From an uncultured Solobacterium sp. (GTDB lineage Bacteria > Bacillota_I > Bacilli_A > Erysipelotrichales > Erysipelotrichaceae): DNA of 48,856 nt. The position numbers were made by a program, and so were the translations under genes. The stretch spans positions 1 to 48,856 of the forward strand of contig CAKMPP010000035.1 in assembly GCA_927911475.1 (NCBI GenBank). Reading direction: 5' to 3'. Below are positions 11,815 to 22,111 of the stretch, one piece after another. How positions within the stretch are numbered: the stretch's first letter is position 1; every line of letters starts with the position of its first letter. A model generated the notes under the pieces. It worked only from the letters and a program-made list of their open reading frames with translations. It did no database searches and was not told the DNA's origin.

Positions 11815-12669
11815 CTATTTACCTAAAAACTTCAAGATTTCTTCACGTCTAGCTTCCATATCATTGTAGCCAAGTTCATATAAGGCCTTTGTCTTTTCAA
11901 CATCACCCTTATAACGAGATACCTTGATATTCTGTGATGGTAGAATATGTACTGCTTTACCCTGTTCTACTTGTTGGTTGATAATCTCAACTTGATGATA
12001 GTAGTTTAAATGACGGACATGATAGTCTTTAGCCATCTGTGGGCACTTATGATAGAAAATGCGCATTAAGAATTCCACGAACTTACTTGCTGGCTTACGA
12101 ACATAGTCCTTTGGTTTTGTTGTGATGACAAGTGTCTTTGTACATCCTTGTTCTAAAGCACGCTCAATAGGAATCATCTTTGTAATACCACCATCAAGTA
12201 ACTTCTTACCGCGATAGTTTACAATCGCCGAAGCGATTGGAAGTGCACAACTACCCAACAATACTTGCATACTATCATCCATTTCATCAATGCCATAGTA
12301 TACTGTCTTGCCTTCATCTAACACATAACAACCCACTTCAATATTTGCCTTTTGATCTAATAACGGCTGAATTGTCATATGTGCTTCCTTCTTTAATACA
12401 TCATTGAATAGATGATTATATGCCACAAAATGACCTTCTTTTAACAACGCCTTAAAACCAACGATATCTGGTGCGATAGAATATTTTGTTGCCAAATCGT
12501 AAGCAATCTTTGTTTCTTTTTGCCAATAGAGCGCTAGATATACCGAACCACTCGAAATACCAACACCATAATCAAATGTAATATTGTTATCGTTTAACCA
12601 CTTTACGGCACCAGCAGTATACGCTCCACGGATACCGCCGCCTTCCAATACTAAACCAATCTTTTCCAT
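11815..12669 (-). CDS. Patatin-like phospholipase family protein
   Basis: EGGGIRG, GISSG (GxSxG) and LDGG motifs. Confidence 0.92.
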   Translation of the reverse strand: MEKIGLVLEGGGIRGAYTAGAVKWLNDNNITFDYGVGISSGSVYLALYWQKETKIAYDLATKYSIAPDIVGFKALLKEGHFVAYNHLFNDVLKKEAHMTIQPLLDQKANIEVGCYVLDEGKTVYYGIDEMDDSMQVLLGSCALPIASAIVNYRGKKLLDGGITKMIPIERALEQGCTKTLVITTKPKDYVRKPASKFVEFLMRIFYHKCPQMAKDYHVRHLNYYHQVEIINQQVEQGKAVHILPSQNIKVSRYKGDVEKTKALYELGYNDMEARREEILKFLGK

Positions 12670-12681
12670 ATAACCTCTTCT

Positions 12682-14207
12682 TTATACTAGTGGGATAAAA
12701 ACATTTAGAACCGCTCTGAATACTTTTACAATCCATACAGTATCACGTACATCTTCGTATTTAACTTCTTGTGATACTGCAAGCGCCTCTAAGAAATTCT
12801 CTTTCATCTTGTATACAGCATCTGTATCATACATCACAACGCCATTTTCAAAGTGTAGAAAGTAGCTACGATAGTCTGTATTCGCTGTACCCACAATTCC
12901 TAGCTTGTCATCAGCCACCATATTCTTCGCGTGGTTGAAGCCCGGTGTGTACTCATAGATTTTAACACCGTTTGAGATTAAATCGAAATAATGTCCACGG
13001 GTAATCTGGAATACAAGTTTTTTTATCAGGAATATATGGTGTTAAAATTCGTACATCTACACCATTCTTCGCAGCCATTTTTAGCGAAGTCTTCATTGAC
13101 TCCGTTAGGATTAAGTAAGGTGCGTCGATATAGATATATTCCTTTGCATGTTGAATCATATTTAAATGCACATTTAACGCAAATGGTTCTTCATCTGTAG
13201 GTGTATCAGAATATGGTTGATAGAAACCCTTTGTATTTGCAGGATATTCATACTGCAAGTGATACTGTTCGTAGTCAATACTATCATTTGTACCACGCAC
13301 ATAGGTATACATCCCTAAGAACATACATGTAAAGGACCATACTGCATCCCCTTCAATCATGATGGCACTATCTTTCCAATAACCAAAACGACGATGGCGA
13401 TTGATGTATTCATCCGAGATATTCACGCCACCTGTAAAGGCAACACGGTTATCTACCACCGTAATCTTACGGTGGTCACGATTATTCATTAAGGCTGCTA
13501 GGGATGGACGAATCTTATTGAAACGATACGTTTCAATACCACGTTTGTGTAGTTGCTTATCAAAGTGAATTGGAATATCCAAGGCTCCAAAGTCATCATA
13601 GATCATGATAACTTTGACACCCTGTTGAAACCTTTTCCTCAAGTAACGCAACTAAATCATCTAGCATCCAACCTTGATTAATAATAAAGTACTCTAGGAA
13701 GATAAAGTGCTTTGCACTAGAAAGAACTTCCTTAAAAACCGGATACCATTCTTCACCACTCTTGAAATACGTGCTTGTTGTATTCTCATAAACTGGAAAT
13801 CCACCACCACGAATACCATAACGGAAGATTTGTTTTGCGTCCTCATTGTGGATATCATCCAGTATGGATTCATCTGCTGTGATTAAATCAGAAAGCGAAC
13901 GTGTTGCACGTACGGTTCCATGATGTAATTTCTTAGGTACCTTACGGTTTCCTGTAATCAGATAAAGTGGAACACCAATCACCGGTGCAGCTAGAACCAA
14001 TAATAACCAACCGATTTTATAAGAAGGATCATTTCTTCGATTGATAATATAGATTGCGATAATTAACGCCAAAATATCGAGTACCGGCATCGCAGTCCCA
14101 TAAGTTGCAGACCCATAAAACAGGATTACAAAAAATCCCAACTGTAATAGGATAAGTGGGATGACTACCATTAATCGCCCTGTCAGTACTCGCCATAATT
14201 TCTTCAT
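12682..14207 (-). CDS. cls: Cardiolipin synthase (two frameshifts)
   Basis: N-terminal TM helices; two HKD motifs (NRDHRKITVVD and FNHAKNMVADD). Confidence 0.93.
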
Positions 14208-14244
14208 AAAAGTATTATACCAAACTCCTTTTTAATTCTCTAAA

Positions 14245-14690
14245 TTAGAGTGTTAATAAATAAATGTTCTTCACTTTCTCTCCCCGCCGATAGAGCCAAT
14301 GGCCCTTTGGTACATTCACTGTCTGTAGTAATTCTGCATGCAAGGATTGTATTGTCTTATCACTTGCGATATTGTCTGGGGAACATGTAATAATCACATT
14401 GCGAAAACGATATTCTTCTTTTGCGATTTGAAGTAAAAGCTGGCATGCATAATAAGCATAATGGTGTCCACGAAATCCATCATAGATTCGATAACCTATA
14501 TTTCCTGCATAGTATAATTCATCATCCATGCCAAGGCGTAAATCGCATTCACCAATGCACTCATAATCTCCATGACGATAAATGCTATAAACAATCGACT
14601 TTGGTGAACGATTAAAAAAATGAAACTGGAATCACTTTCCCGAATCCTCAAATCGACACTATCCGATTCATATAGCTGTTTCTTTATCAT
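14245..14690 (-). CDS. GNAT-family N-acetyltransferase (frameshifted)
   Basis: YYAGNIGYRIYDGFRGHHYA, ITCSPDNIASDKTI. Confidence 0.8.
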
Positions 14691-14700
14691 TGCAAGTTTC

Positions 14701-15633
14701 CTATAGTTTTTCTTTTACGATATATACTGGACGATTCTTCACTTCCATATATGTCTTCGCTAGATATTGGCCAATCACCCCAATGGATAATAGTTGTAGT
14801 CCAGATGCCAGTAAGATAATACATACCAGTGATGGCCAACCAGCAGTAGGGTCACCAAACATTAACTTACGAATCACAACAAATAGAATCATCAAAAATG
14901 AAAGGATACAAAACAGCACTCCCACAAAAGAAGACATGGATAATAGCGCTGTAGAGTATGCAGTTAGACCATCGAATGCATATTTCCATAACTGCCAAAA
15001 TGACCACTTAGATTGACCATATTTACGCTGTACATTTTCATATGCAACCCACTTCGTGTTAAAACCAACCCAACTAAAGATCCCTTTTGAGAAACGATTC
15101 TTTTCTGTAACGGAAAGAACAGCTTCCACAACGCGCGTATTCATAACACGATAGTCTCTTGCGCCATCCATTACTTTTGTCTGTGAGAAACAATTTAAGA
15201 TTTTATAGAATAATTTTGCAAACCAAGAACGAATGCGTGGTTCTCCCTGGCGTGCAGTACGTCTAGCAACAACTTGATCTGCGCCCGCAAAAATTTCATC
15301 AATCATCTGTGGGAGTAATGATGGTGGATCTTGTAAGTCAACATCCATAATCGCAACTAAGTTTCCTGAGGCATGTTGTAGGCCTGCATAGATTGCGGCT
15401 TCCTTGCCAAAGTTACGAGAAAATGAGAGGAGTTTTACACGCTTATCCTTTTGGTGTAAGTTCTTGATTTCTGTAACAGTTCCATCTGTTGAACCATCAT
15501 CCACGAAAATCAATTGATACATGATTGCATGTTTTAAAAAGTAAGCATCATTCTCACAAAACTCTTCATAGAAATATTTGATGTTTTCTTCTTCGTTATA
15601 ACAAGGAACAATAACTGTTAATAATTTCGGCAT
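14701..15633 (-). CDS. GT2 glycosyltransferase, GtrB/polyprenol-phosphate glycosyltransferase-like
   Basis: VIVPCYNEE, VDDGSTD, SRNFGKEAA, MDVDLQDPP, two C-terminal TM helices, RPVYIV. Confidence 0.93.
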   Translation of the reverse strand: MPKLLTVIVPCYNEEENIKYFYEEFCENDAYFLKHAIMYQLIFVDDGSTDGTVTEIKNLHQKDKRVKLLSFSRNFGKEAAIYAGLQHASGNLVAIMDVDLQDPPSLLPQMIDEIFAGADQVVARRTARQGEPRIRSWFAKLFYKILNCFSQTKVMDGARDYRVMNTRVVEAVLSVTEKNRFSKGIFSWVGFNTKWVAYENVQRKYGQSKWSFWQLWKYAFDGLTAYSTALLSMSSFVGVLFCILSFLMILFVVIRKLMFGDPTAGWPSLVCIILLASGLQLLSIGVIGQYLAKTYMEVKNRPVYIVKEKL

Positions 15634-15743
15634 AATACTTCCCTCATCTTTGCACTTAAAATAGCATAATCATCGCTACACTTCAATGTAGGATGTCACT
15701 TCAAAAGGAAAAAGGTTTAACCAATGGTCAAACCTTCATTTCA

Positions 15744-16343
15744 TTAGTCAGCGACTGATTTTGCAATATTGCGATAGATATCCTGTAATTCTTGCTTTTG
15801 TGCATCGGATAACTGCTTGTTTGGATCATCCTTGATAATTCGAAACTATCTAAGAGTGATACATGATACTCAGCTAGCTTACCGTTTTTAACACCAATTA
15901 CCGCAGGTACATAGAAGCCTTTTTCACCAGAAGAATTCACCTTTAATACAGGATCAATATATTCTAGCAACTTTTTATAGTCTTCTTTTTCAACCTTTGC
16001 GGATGCATCAACGTAATAAATGGTCAGGTTTAATTCCTTTGCGACTTCATTTAACTCAGGAACCGCACGATTACACCAAGCACATTCTGTGTATCCATAA
16101 TAGAGAATACCAGTTCCACCCTCTTCAAACATACGTAGAGATTCCTTGAGTGAAATTAACTGGAAGTCAGCAACATCATTACGAATCCACTTGTAACCCT
16201 TCATATCTACTTTTGTAGATGTCAAGGAGACTTTATTTGTAATCGTTAGTGTGTCGGAAGATGTATTCTTCTTACTATCAGTTTTTATTGAAACAGCCTG
16301 CTAGTAATACGACTGCTAATAAGCATGTTAAGATTTTTTTCAT
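15744..16343 (-). CDS. Thioredoxin-fold lipoprotein (CAWC), frameshifted at both ends
   Basis: MKKILTCLLAVVLLAGC lipobox from 16343, YYGYTECAWC, IYYVD, FYVP; the natural C-terminus LSDAQKQELQDIY is in another frame. Confidence 0.75.
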
Positions 16344-16390
16344 TTGATACCTCTTTTCTTTGCGTTTTAGTATAGCACAATTTAGAAAAC

Positions 16391-17311
16391 TCAATCTATT
16401 TTTCTTACTTCAACAGAATGGGAAAAAGATTCAATCTTTTCACGCGTAGCCATACCCTTAGAGTATGCAGTCGCAGAACCGCAAGATGCCCCAAAGCGGA
16501 AGCTATCAACGATGTTTCTGGAACGGTTATATTCCATCAAGAATCCCGCAACGAGAGAATCTCCAGTTCCTACTGTATTTACAATCGTTGTTGGATCTAA
16601 TACATCACAATGGAAAGTGCCTTCCTTACAAGCAAGTATCGCATTTCCATCCAGATCTAAAACCATGACATTTTCTACACCTTGTGCATGTAGGTCTTTC
16701 GCTGCACGGCTCATATCATTGATTGTTTCAACAGGATAGGATACAAGGTCTTTTACTTCTTCCTTTGTTGTCTTCAATAAGAAAATGCCTGTTGATAACA
16801 TACTCTTTACAAGTTGAGCATCTGTATCCAATACAACCTTGATGCCATCTGCCTGTAACTTCTTTAAGATGGATACCATATGTTCAACGGTATACGATGG
16901 TGTATTTCCAGCCAATACTAGTACATCGTTTTCATACAGAGTATTTAGTTTTCCTGCTAGATTATCTAAATCTTTATCTTGAATATATGGACCACATGCA
17001 TTCATGTTTGTATCGGTTGTAGAATTACACTTTACATTGATACGTGTATTTCCATCGATATAGGAGAAGTTAGGACGAATATCTTGATATTTTGTTAATA
17101 GACGAATATAGAAATCTTTTGTAAAGCCACCAAGGAAACCAAACGCACGTGATGGTACACCTAAGTTGCTTAAAACAATAGAAATATTGATACCCTTACC
17201 ACCCGCTTCATAGTATTCCAAATCAGAACGATTTGTTTTACCTGCTTCAAGTGGCTCTGAAAACTCCATGTAATAATCTAACGAAGGATTAATCGTACAT
17301 GTACAAATCAT
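16391..17311 (-). CDS. 1-phosphofructokinase-family (PfkB) hexose kinase
   Basis: TCTINPSLD, AGGKGIN, GFLGGFT, TRINVK, TVGTGDS. Confidence 0.9.
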   Translation of the reverse strand: MICTCTINPSLDYYMEFSEPLEAGKTNRSDLEYYEAGGKGINISIVLSNLGVPSRAFGFLGGFTKDFYIRLLTKYQDIRPNFSYIDGNTRINVKCNSTTDTNMNACGPYIQDKDLDNLAGKLNTLYENDVLVLAGNTPSYTVEHMVSILKKLQADGIKVVLDTDAQLVKSMLSTGIFLLKTTKEEVKDLVSYPVETINDMSRAAKDLHAQGVENVMVLDLDGNAILACKEGTFHCDVLDPTTIVNTVGTGDSLVAGFLMEYNRSRNIVDSFRFGASCGSATAYSKGMATREKIESFSHSVEVRKID

Positions 17312-17312
17312 A

Positions 17313-18534
17313 TTACACCTCTGCTACGTTCTGAATAATCTTCAAGATTACTTGTACAGATAATTCTAACTCATCAATCACGCAATATTCGAAGCGACCA
17401 TGGAAGTTTCCACCACCACAGCCGATATTAGGACATGGAAGTCCCATAAAGGAAAGTTGTGCACCATCTGTTCCACCGCGTATTGGTTCTTGAAGAATAT
17501 GAATGCCTAACTCTTCCATGGACTTTTTCGCAATCACAACAGCAGTTGGATCTTTATCTAATACTTCCTTCATATTACGATAGCTATCCTTGATTTCAAT
17601 TGAGACAGCACCTTCTCCATACTTTGTATTGATAAATTCAGCTGCCTTTAACATTAACTCTTTTCTTCGCTGTTAACTTTTGATAATCATGATCACGAAT
17701 AATGTATTCTAATTCTGCATTTTCTACATCACCCTTCATATCATGAAGGTGGATAAAGCCTTCCCATAACTCTGTATGTTCAGGTACTGCATGTGCAGGC
17801 ATCATTGCTTGGTATTCACATGCAAGCTTTGCGGCATTAATCATACGATTCTTTGCGGAACCTGGGTGAATGGAACGTCCCTTGAAATGCAATACTGCAG
17901 ATGCCGCATTAAATGTTTCATCTGATAATTCACGTACTGTTCCACCATCCATCGTATAGGCAAACTTGGCACCAAACTTCTTTACATCAAAGAAGCGTGG
18001 ACCATTTCCAATTTCTTCATCTGGTGTAAATCCAATCGCAATCTCACCATGCTTTACTTCTGGGTGTTCATGCAAGTATACAAGAGCTTCCATAATGGAT
18101 GTAATACCAGCCTTATCATCTGCACCAAGCAATGTAGTACCATCTGTTACCATTAAACGCTTACCCTTGAATTCCTTCATCCATGGGAAACGTTCCATCG
18201 ATAATGTTACCTCTGGATTTAAGGCAATATCCTTACCATCAAAGTTTTCAATGATACATGGATTCACATTGGTACCACTAAAATCAGGGGCTGTATCCAT
18301 ATGTGCAATAAAGCCTACTGTATCAACCACTTTATCTATATTTGATGGTAACTTTGCGTATACATAACAATGTTCATCAACGGATACATCTTGTAATCCT
18401 AATTCTTTTAATTCCTCAACGAGAAGATTTGCTAAATCAAATTGTTTCTTTGAGGAAGGTGTTTCTTGTTCATTTGCAGGATCTGATTGTGTATCAATCT
18501 TGCAATAACGTATTAATCTTTCTGCTGCGCTCAT
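17313..18534 (-). CDS. pepT: Peptidase T (frameshift near 17650)
   Basis: GFIAHMDT, LLGADDKAG, FTPDEEIG, HPGSAK, PIRGGTDG, NFHGRFE. Confidence 0.96.
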
Positions 18535-18550
18535 ATTCTTTACTCCTTTT

Positions 18551-19111
18551 TTATTGTTGTAAGAATGAGTGTTCATATTGAATCCCATTCTTTACGTTTT
18601 CTAATGTCTGTTTATCACAGAGTGTCTCAATGATTTTTAATGCAAAATCAATCGTTGCACCCATACCACGACCTGTAATCAAATTGCCATCTTTCACAGC
18701 CAATACCTGTTGGTATTCACCGTTAAAGCTTGGTTCATCAAAAGTTGGATAACAAGTATACTTTCTATCTTTTAATAAACCGCGATGGCCTAAAATTGAT
18801 GGTGCTGCACAGATTGCACAGGATAACTTTCCAGCTTTAAAGTGTGCTTCATATAAATCAACGAGTTTCTGATTGTTTTCAAGATTTTGTGTACCTAATT
18901 TTCCACCCGGCAAAATCATAACATCATATTCATTTTGAAACTCGCTAAACAGTTTATCAGCCTGAATCTTCACTTGATGGGAAGTCGTGACTGTCAGTGT
19001 CTCATTCATTGAAATCATATCAATGATTAAACCGGCACGACGTAATAAATCAACAGTGATTAGACCCTCACAGGTTTCAAATCCATCTGCCATAAAAATT
19101 GCACATTTCAT
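18551..19111 (-). CDS. DJ-1/PfpI (YajL-like) family protein
   Basis: ADGFETCE, ILPGG, AICAAP, TGRGMG. Confidence 0.92.
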   Translation of the reverse strand: MKCAIFMADGFETCEGLITVDLLRRAGLIIDMISMNETLTVTTSHQVKIQADKLFSEFQNEYDVMILPGGKLGTQNLENNQKLVDLYEAHFKAGKLSCAICAAPSILGHRGLLKDRKYTCYPTFDEPSFNGEYQQVLAVKDGNLITGRGMGATIDFALKIIETLCDKQTLENVKNGIQYEHSFLQQ

Positions 19112-19245
19112 TACGATACCTCCTATCAAACGGTAGTTATCTTTTCTACTTATGATAAATATTATACACCCTAGCGGCCTTCACTCATCATTATACTTTA
19201 TTAAATATATGCAGAAACATTATAAAAACCACATTTATGTGGCCT

Positions 19246-19827
19246 TTATTTTAGAATTTGGTTTACATGTTTTTGTAATTCAACCACTACCTTCTCTTCA
19301 AACCAAGGATTTTTACCAAGCCATCGAAAGTTGAGTGGACTTGGATGAACAATTGGAAAATACTTTGGTAGATATTCTTGATAGTTTTCTACTGTTTCCG
19401 TTAGGTTCTTCTTTTTATTATTTTCTAGATAATAATCGATAGAATACTTTCCAACCAACAACGTCAATTCAATATTTGGCATTAACTTTAAAAACTTCTC
19501 ATGATATTCTTGCGCAATAAACTTGCGTGGTGGTAAATCACCTGTTTTTGCCTTACCGGGATAGTAGAAATCCATTGGTAAAATTGCGATATCCTTGCTA
19601 TAGAATTCTTTTTCATCAATTCCCATCCACTTACGTAAGCGAATACCAGATTGATCATCGAAAGGAATTCCTGATCTTTCTACATGTGACCCTGGAGCTT
19701 GTCCGATAATTAAGATTTTTGCGCTAGCATCTACCTGTAAGATAGGACTGTATCCGTTCTTTGTATATTCTTTATTCCGTGGATCTTTTTTCAACTCTTC
19801 TAATAATTCTTCTATTTTCATCTTCAT
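19246..19827 (-). CDS. Uracil-DNA glycosylase family protein
   Basis: IIGQAPG, PFDDQSG, PMDFYYPG, HPSPLN. Confidence 0.9.
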   Translation of the reverse strand: MKMKIEELLEELKKDPRNKEYTKNGYSPILQVDASAKILIIGQAPGSHVERSGIPFDDQSGIRLRKWMGIDEKEFYSKDIAILPMDFYYPGKAKTGDLPPRKFIAQEYHEKFLKLMPNIELTLLVGKYSIDYYLENNKKKNLTETVENYQEYLPKYFPIVHPSPLNFRWLGKNPWFEEKVVVELQKHVNQILK

Positions 19828-19877
19828 GACCTCTGAAAGAAAAAATCCCACTATCTTTCGATAACAGGATATATCAA

Positions 19878-21709
19878 TTACATTTCAGATTCAATCTTTC
19901 CGATTTCACGAGCGTGTCTTCTACGATCAATTTCGGTTAAATACTTCTTACGAATACGAATATCTTCTGGTGTAATTTCTACCAATTCATCATCATTGAT
20001 AAATTCAATCGCAGCTTCTAATGACATGATACGTGGTGGAACAAGCTTCATTGCTTCATCGTTACCAGTGGAACGAACAGCTGTCATCTTCTTATTCTTG
20101 ATTGGATTAACACCCATATCCATATTCTTAGCAGATACACCGATAATCATACCTTCATAAACAGGTGTCTGTGCACCGATGAATAACTGACCACGTTCCT
20201 GAATATTCCAAAGAGCGTATGTCATAGCACTGCCTGTTTCAGTAGAAATAAGTGCACCATTTTCACGCTGTGGAATCTCGCCCTTAAATGGTTCATAACC
20301 ATCTAAACGCTGTACCATTGTACCTTCACCATGTGTCATATTGATGAAGTCGGATCTAAATCCGATCAATCCACGTGTAGGACACTTATAAGTGATACGT
20401 GTGTATGTACCAATTTCTTCCATGTCAGAAAGGATACCCTTACGTACATTGAGTGCAGAAATAACAGAACCAGAATATTCTGTTGGAACATCAATCACAA
20501 CTTCTTCGATAGGTTCACATGTAACACCATCAATCTTCTTCATAATAACTTCAGGACGTGATACTGCAATTTCAAAACCTTCACGACGCATCTGTTCTAG
20601 TAAGATTGTTAAGTGTAATTCACCACGACCAGATACTTTGAATGTATCTGTAGAATCTGTATCTTCAACCTTTAAACCAACGTTTACTTCAAGTTCTTTA
20701 TCTAGACGTTCACGAATATTACGTGAAGTTACAAACTTACCAACTTGTCCAGCAATGGAGAATCGTTAACCATAAAGTTCATGGAAAGTGTTGGCTCTTC
20801 AATCTTTAACATTGGCATTGGATTTGGAGCACCTTGAGGACAGATTGTATCACCGATATTAATGTCAGGGATACCAGAAATCATACAAATTTCACCACAC
20901 TGGATTTCATCAACTGGAACACGACTTAATCCCTTGTAGATAAAAATCTGATTTGTCTTTCCTTGGTGTGCACTACCATCCGCATTACATACTGTATACG
21001 ATGTCGCAGCCTTTAATGTACCTTTATATACACGTCCAATACCTAAACGTCCAATATAATCATCATAAGCAAGTGCACTAATCTGCATCTGTACTGGCTC
21101 TTCAATCAAGTTTGGATAAGCTTGTGTATGATGGATAATTGTTTCAAATAGTGGGACGATATCTTCATTTGTACCATCCTGCTCATAATTAACAATACCC
21201 TCTCTAGCCTTACCAAATAGGATTGGGAAGTCTAACTGATCATCTGTTGCGTTTAGCTCGAGGAACAATTCGTATACTTCGTCGATAACTTCGTTAGCGC
21301 GAGCATCTTGTTTATCCATCTTATTGATTAATAAGATAGGACGTAAACCTGCTTCTAATGACTTCTGCAACACAAAACGTGTTTGTGGCATTGGTCCTTC
21401 TGCTGAGTCTACTAACAAGATAACCGTATCAACTGTTTTGATAATACGCTCAACTTCAGAAGAGAAGTCTGCGTGGCCTGGTGTATCAACGATATTAATC
21501 TTGTAGTCTTTGTATGTTACAGAGCAGTTCTTGGAATAAATAGTAATTCCTCTTTCACGTTCGAGATCGTTGGAGTCCATAATGCAGTCTACAACCTTCT
21601 CGTTATCTTTAAATACGTGACTCTGTTTGAGGAATGCGTCTACTAGCGTTGATTTTCCAGCATCAACGTGAGCAATAACAGCAATGTTAATAATCTTTTG
21701 ATAATCCAT
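19878..21709 (-). CDS. typA: Translational GTPase TypA/BipA (frameshift near 20755)
   Basis: AHVDAGKST, ERGITI, DTPGHADF, NKMD, MRREGFE, EPIEE, DELVEITP. Confidence 0.97.
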
Positions 21710-21804
21710 CTTCTCTTCACCTTCTTTTAAGCATAAGCGGATAAATTATATATTTTATGGACATAAATTACAACCCAAACCCACTCAAAATACAGATGTT
21801 TTCA

Positions 21805-21833
21805 TTGACGATAGATGTGGAGGTTGCTATAAT
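21805..21833 (+). promoter_or_regulatory. Sigma-A promoter of tRNA-Leu
   Basis: TTGACG-17 bp-TATAAT with extended -10 TG. Confidence 0.85.
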
Positions 21834-21844
21834 ATTTGAGCGAT

Positions 21845-21926
21845 GCACCAGTGGTGGAATCGGCAGACACGTACGCTTGAGGGGCGTATGAGGCAACTCG
21901 TGCAAGTTCAAGTCTTGTCTGGTGCA
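21845..21926 (+). tRNA. tRNA-Leu(GAG)
   Basis: Acceptor GCACCAG/CTGGTGC, anticodon arm TACGC-TTGAGGG-GCGTA, long variable arm, T-loop TTCAAGT; CCA not encoded. Confidence 0.95.
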
Positions 21927-21931
21927 CTAAT

Positions 21932-21956
21932 AAAACTCACATTTGTGGGTTTTTTT
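21932..21956 (+). terminator. tRNA-Leu terminator
   Basis: AAAACTCAC-ATTT-GTGGGTTTTTTT. Confidence 0.75.
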
Positions 21957-22111
21957 ATTATGCTTTTCATACGTTTTTCATATGCACTTTCATGAAAAAT
22001 AATGAAAGTCGGTATTTAATTTCAACAAAAGTGATATAAGCGGTATAAAATCTCTTTACTTTTAGTATTAGCAAAACTATCATGTATATCTATAGGAGGA
22101 AAAGAGTAAAT

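Noticed and set aside
14701..15633. Phage-type gtrABC serotype-conversion cassette
   Set aside because: Only the GtrB-like gene is present; no GtrA flippase, GT-C transferase or phage context
22080..22095. HutC-like operator TGTATATCTATA just upstream of the urdA RBS
   Set aside because: Only a half match to the TGTATAxACA palindrome; too weak to call
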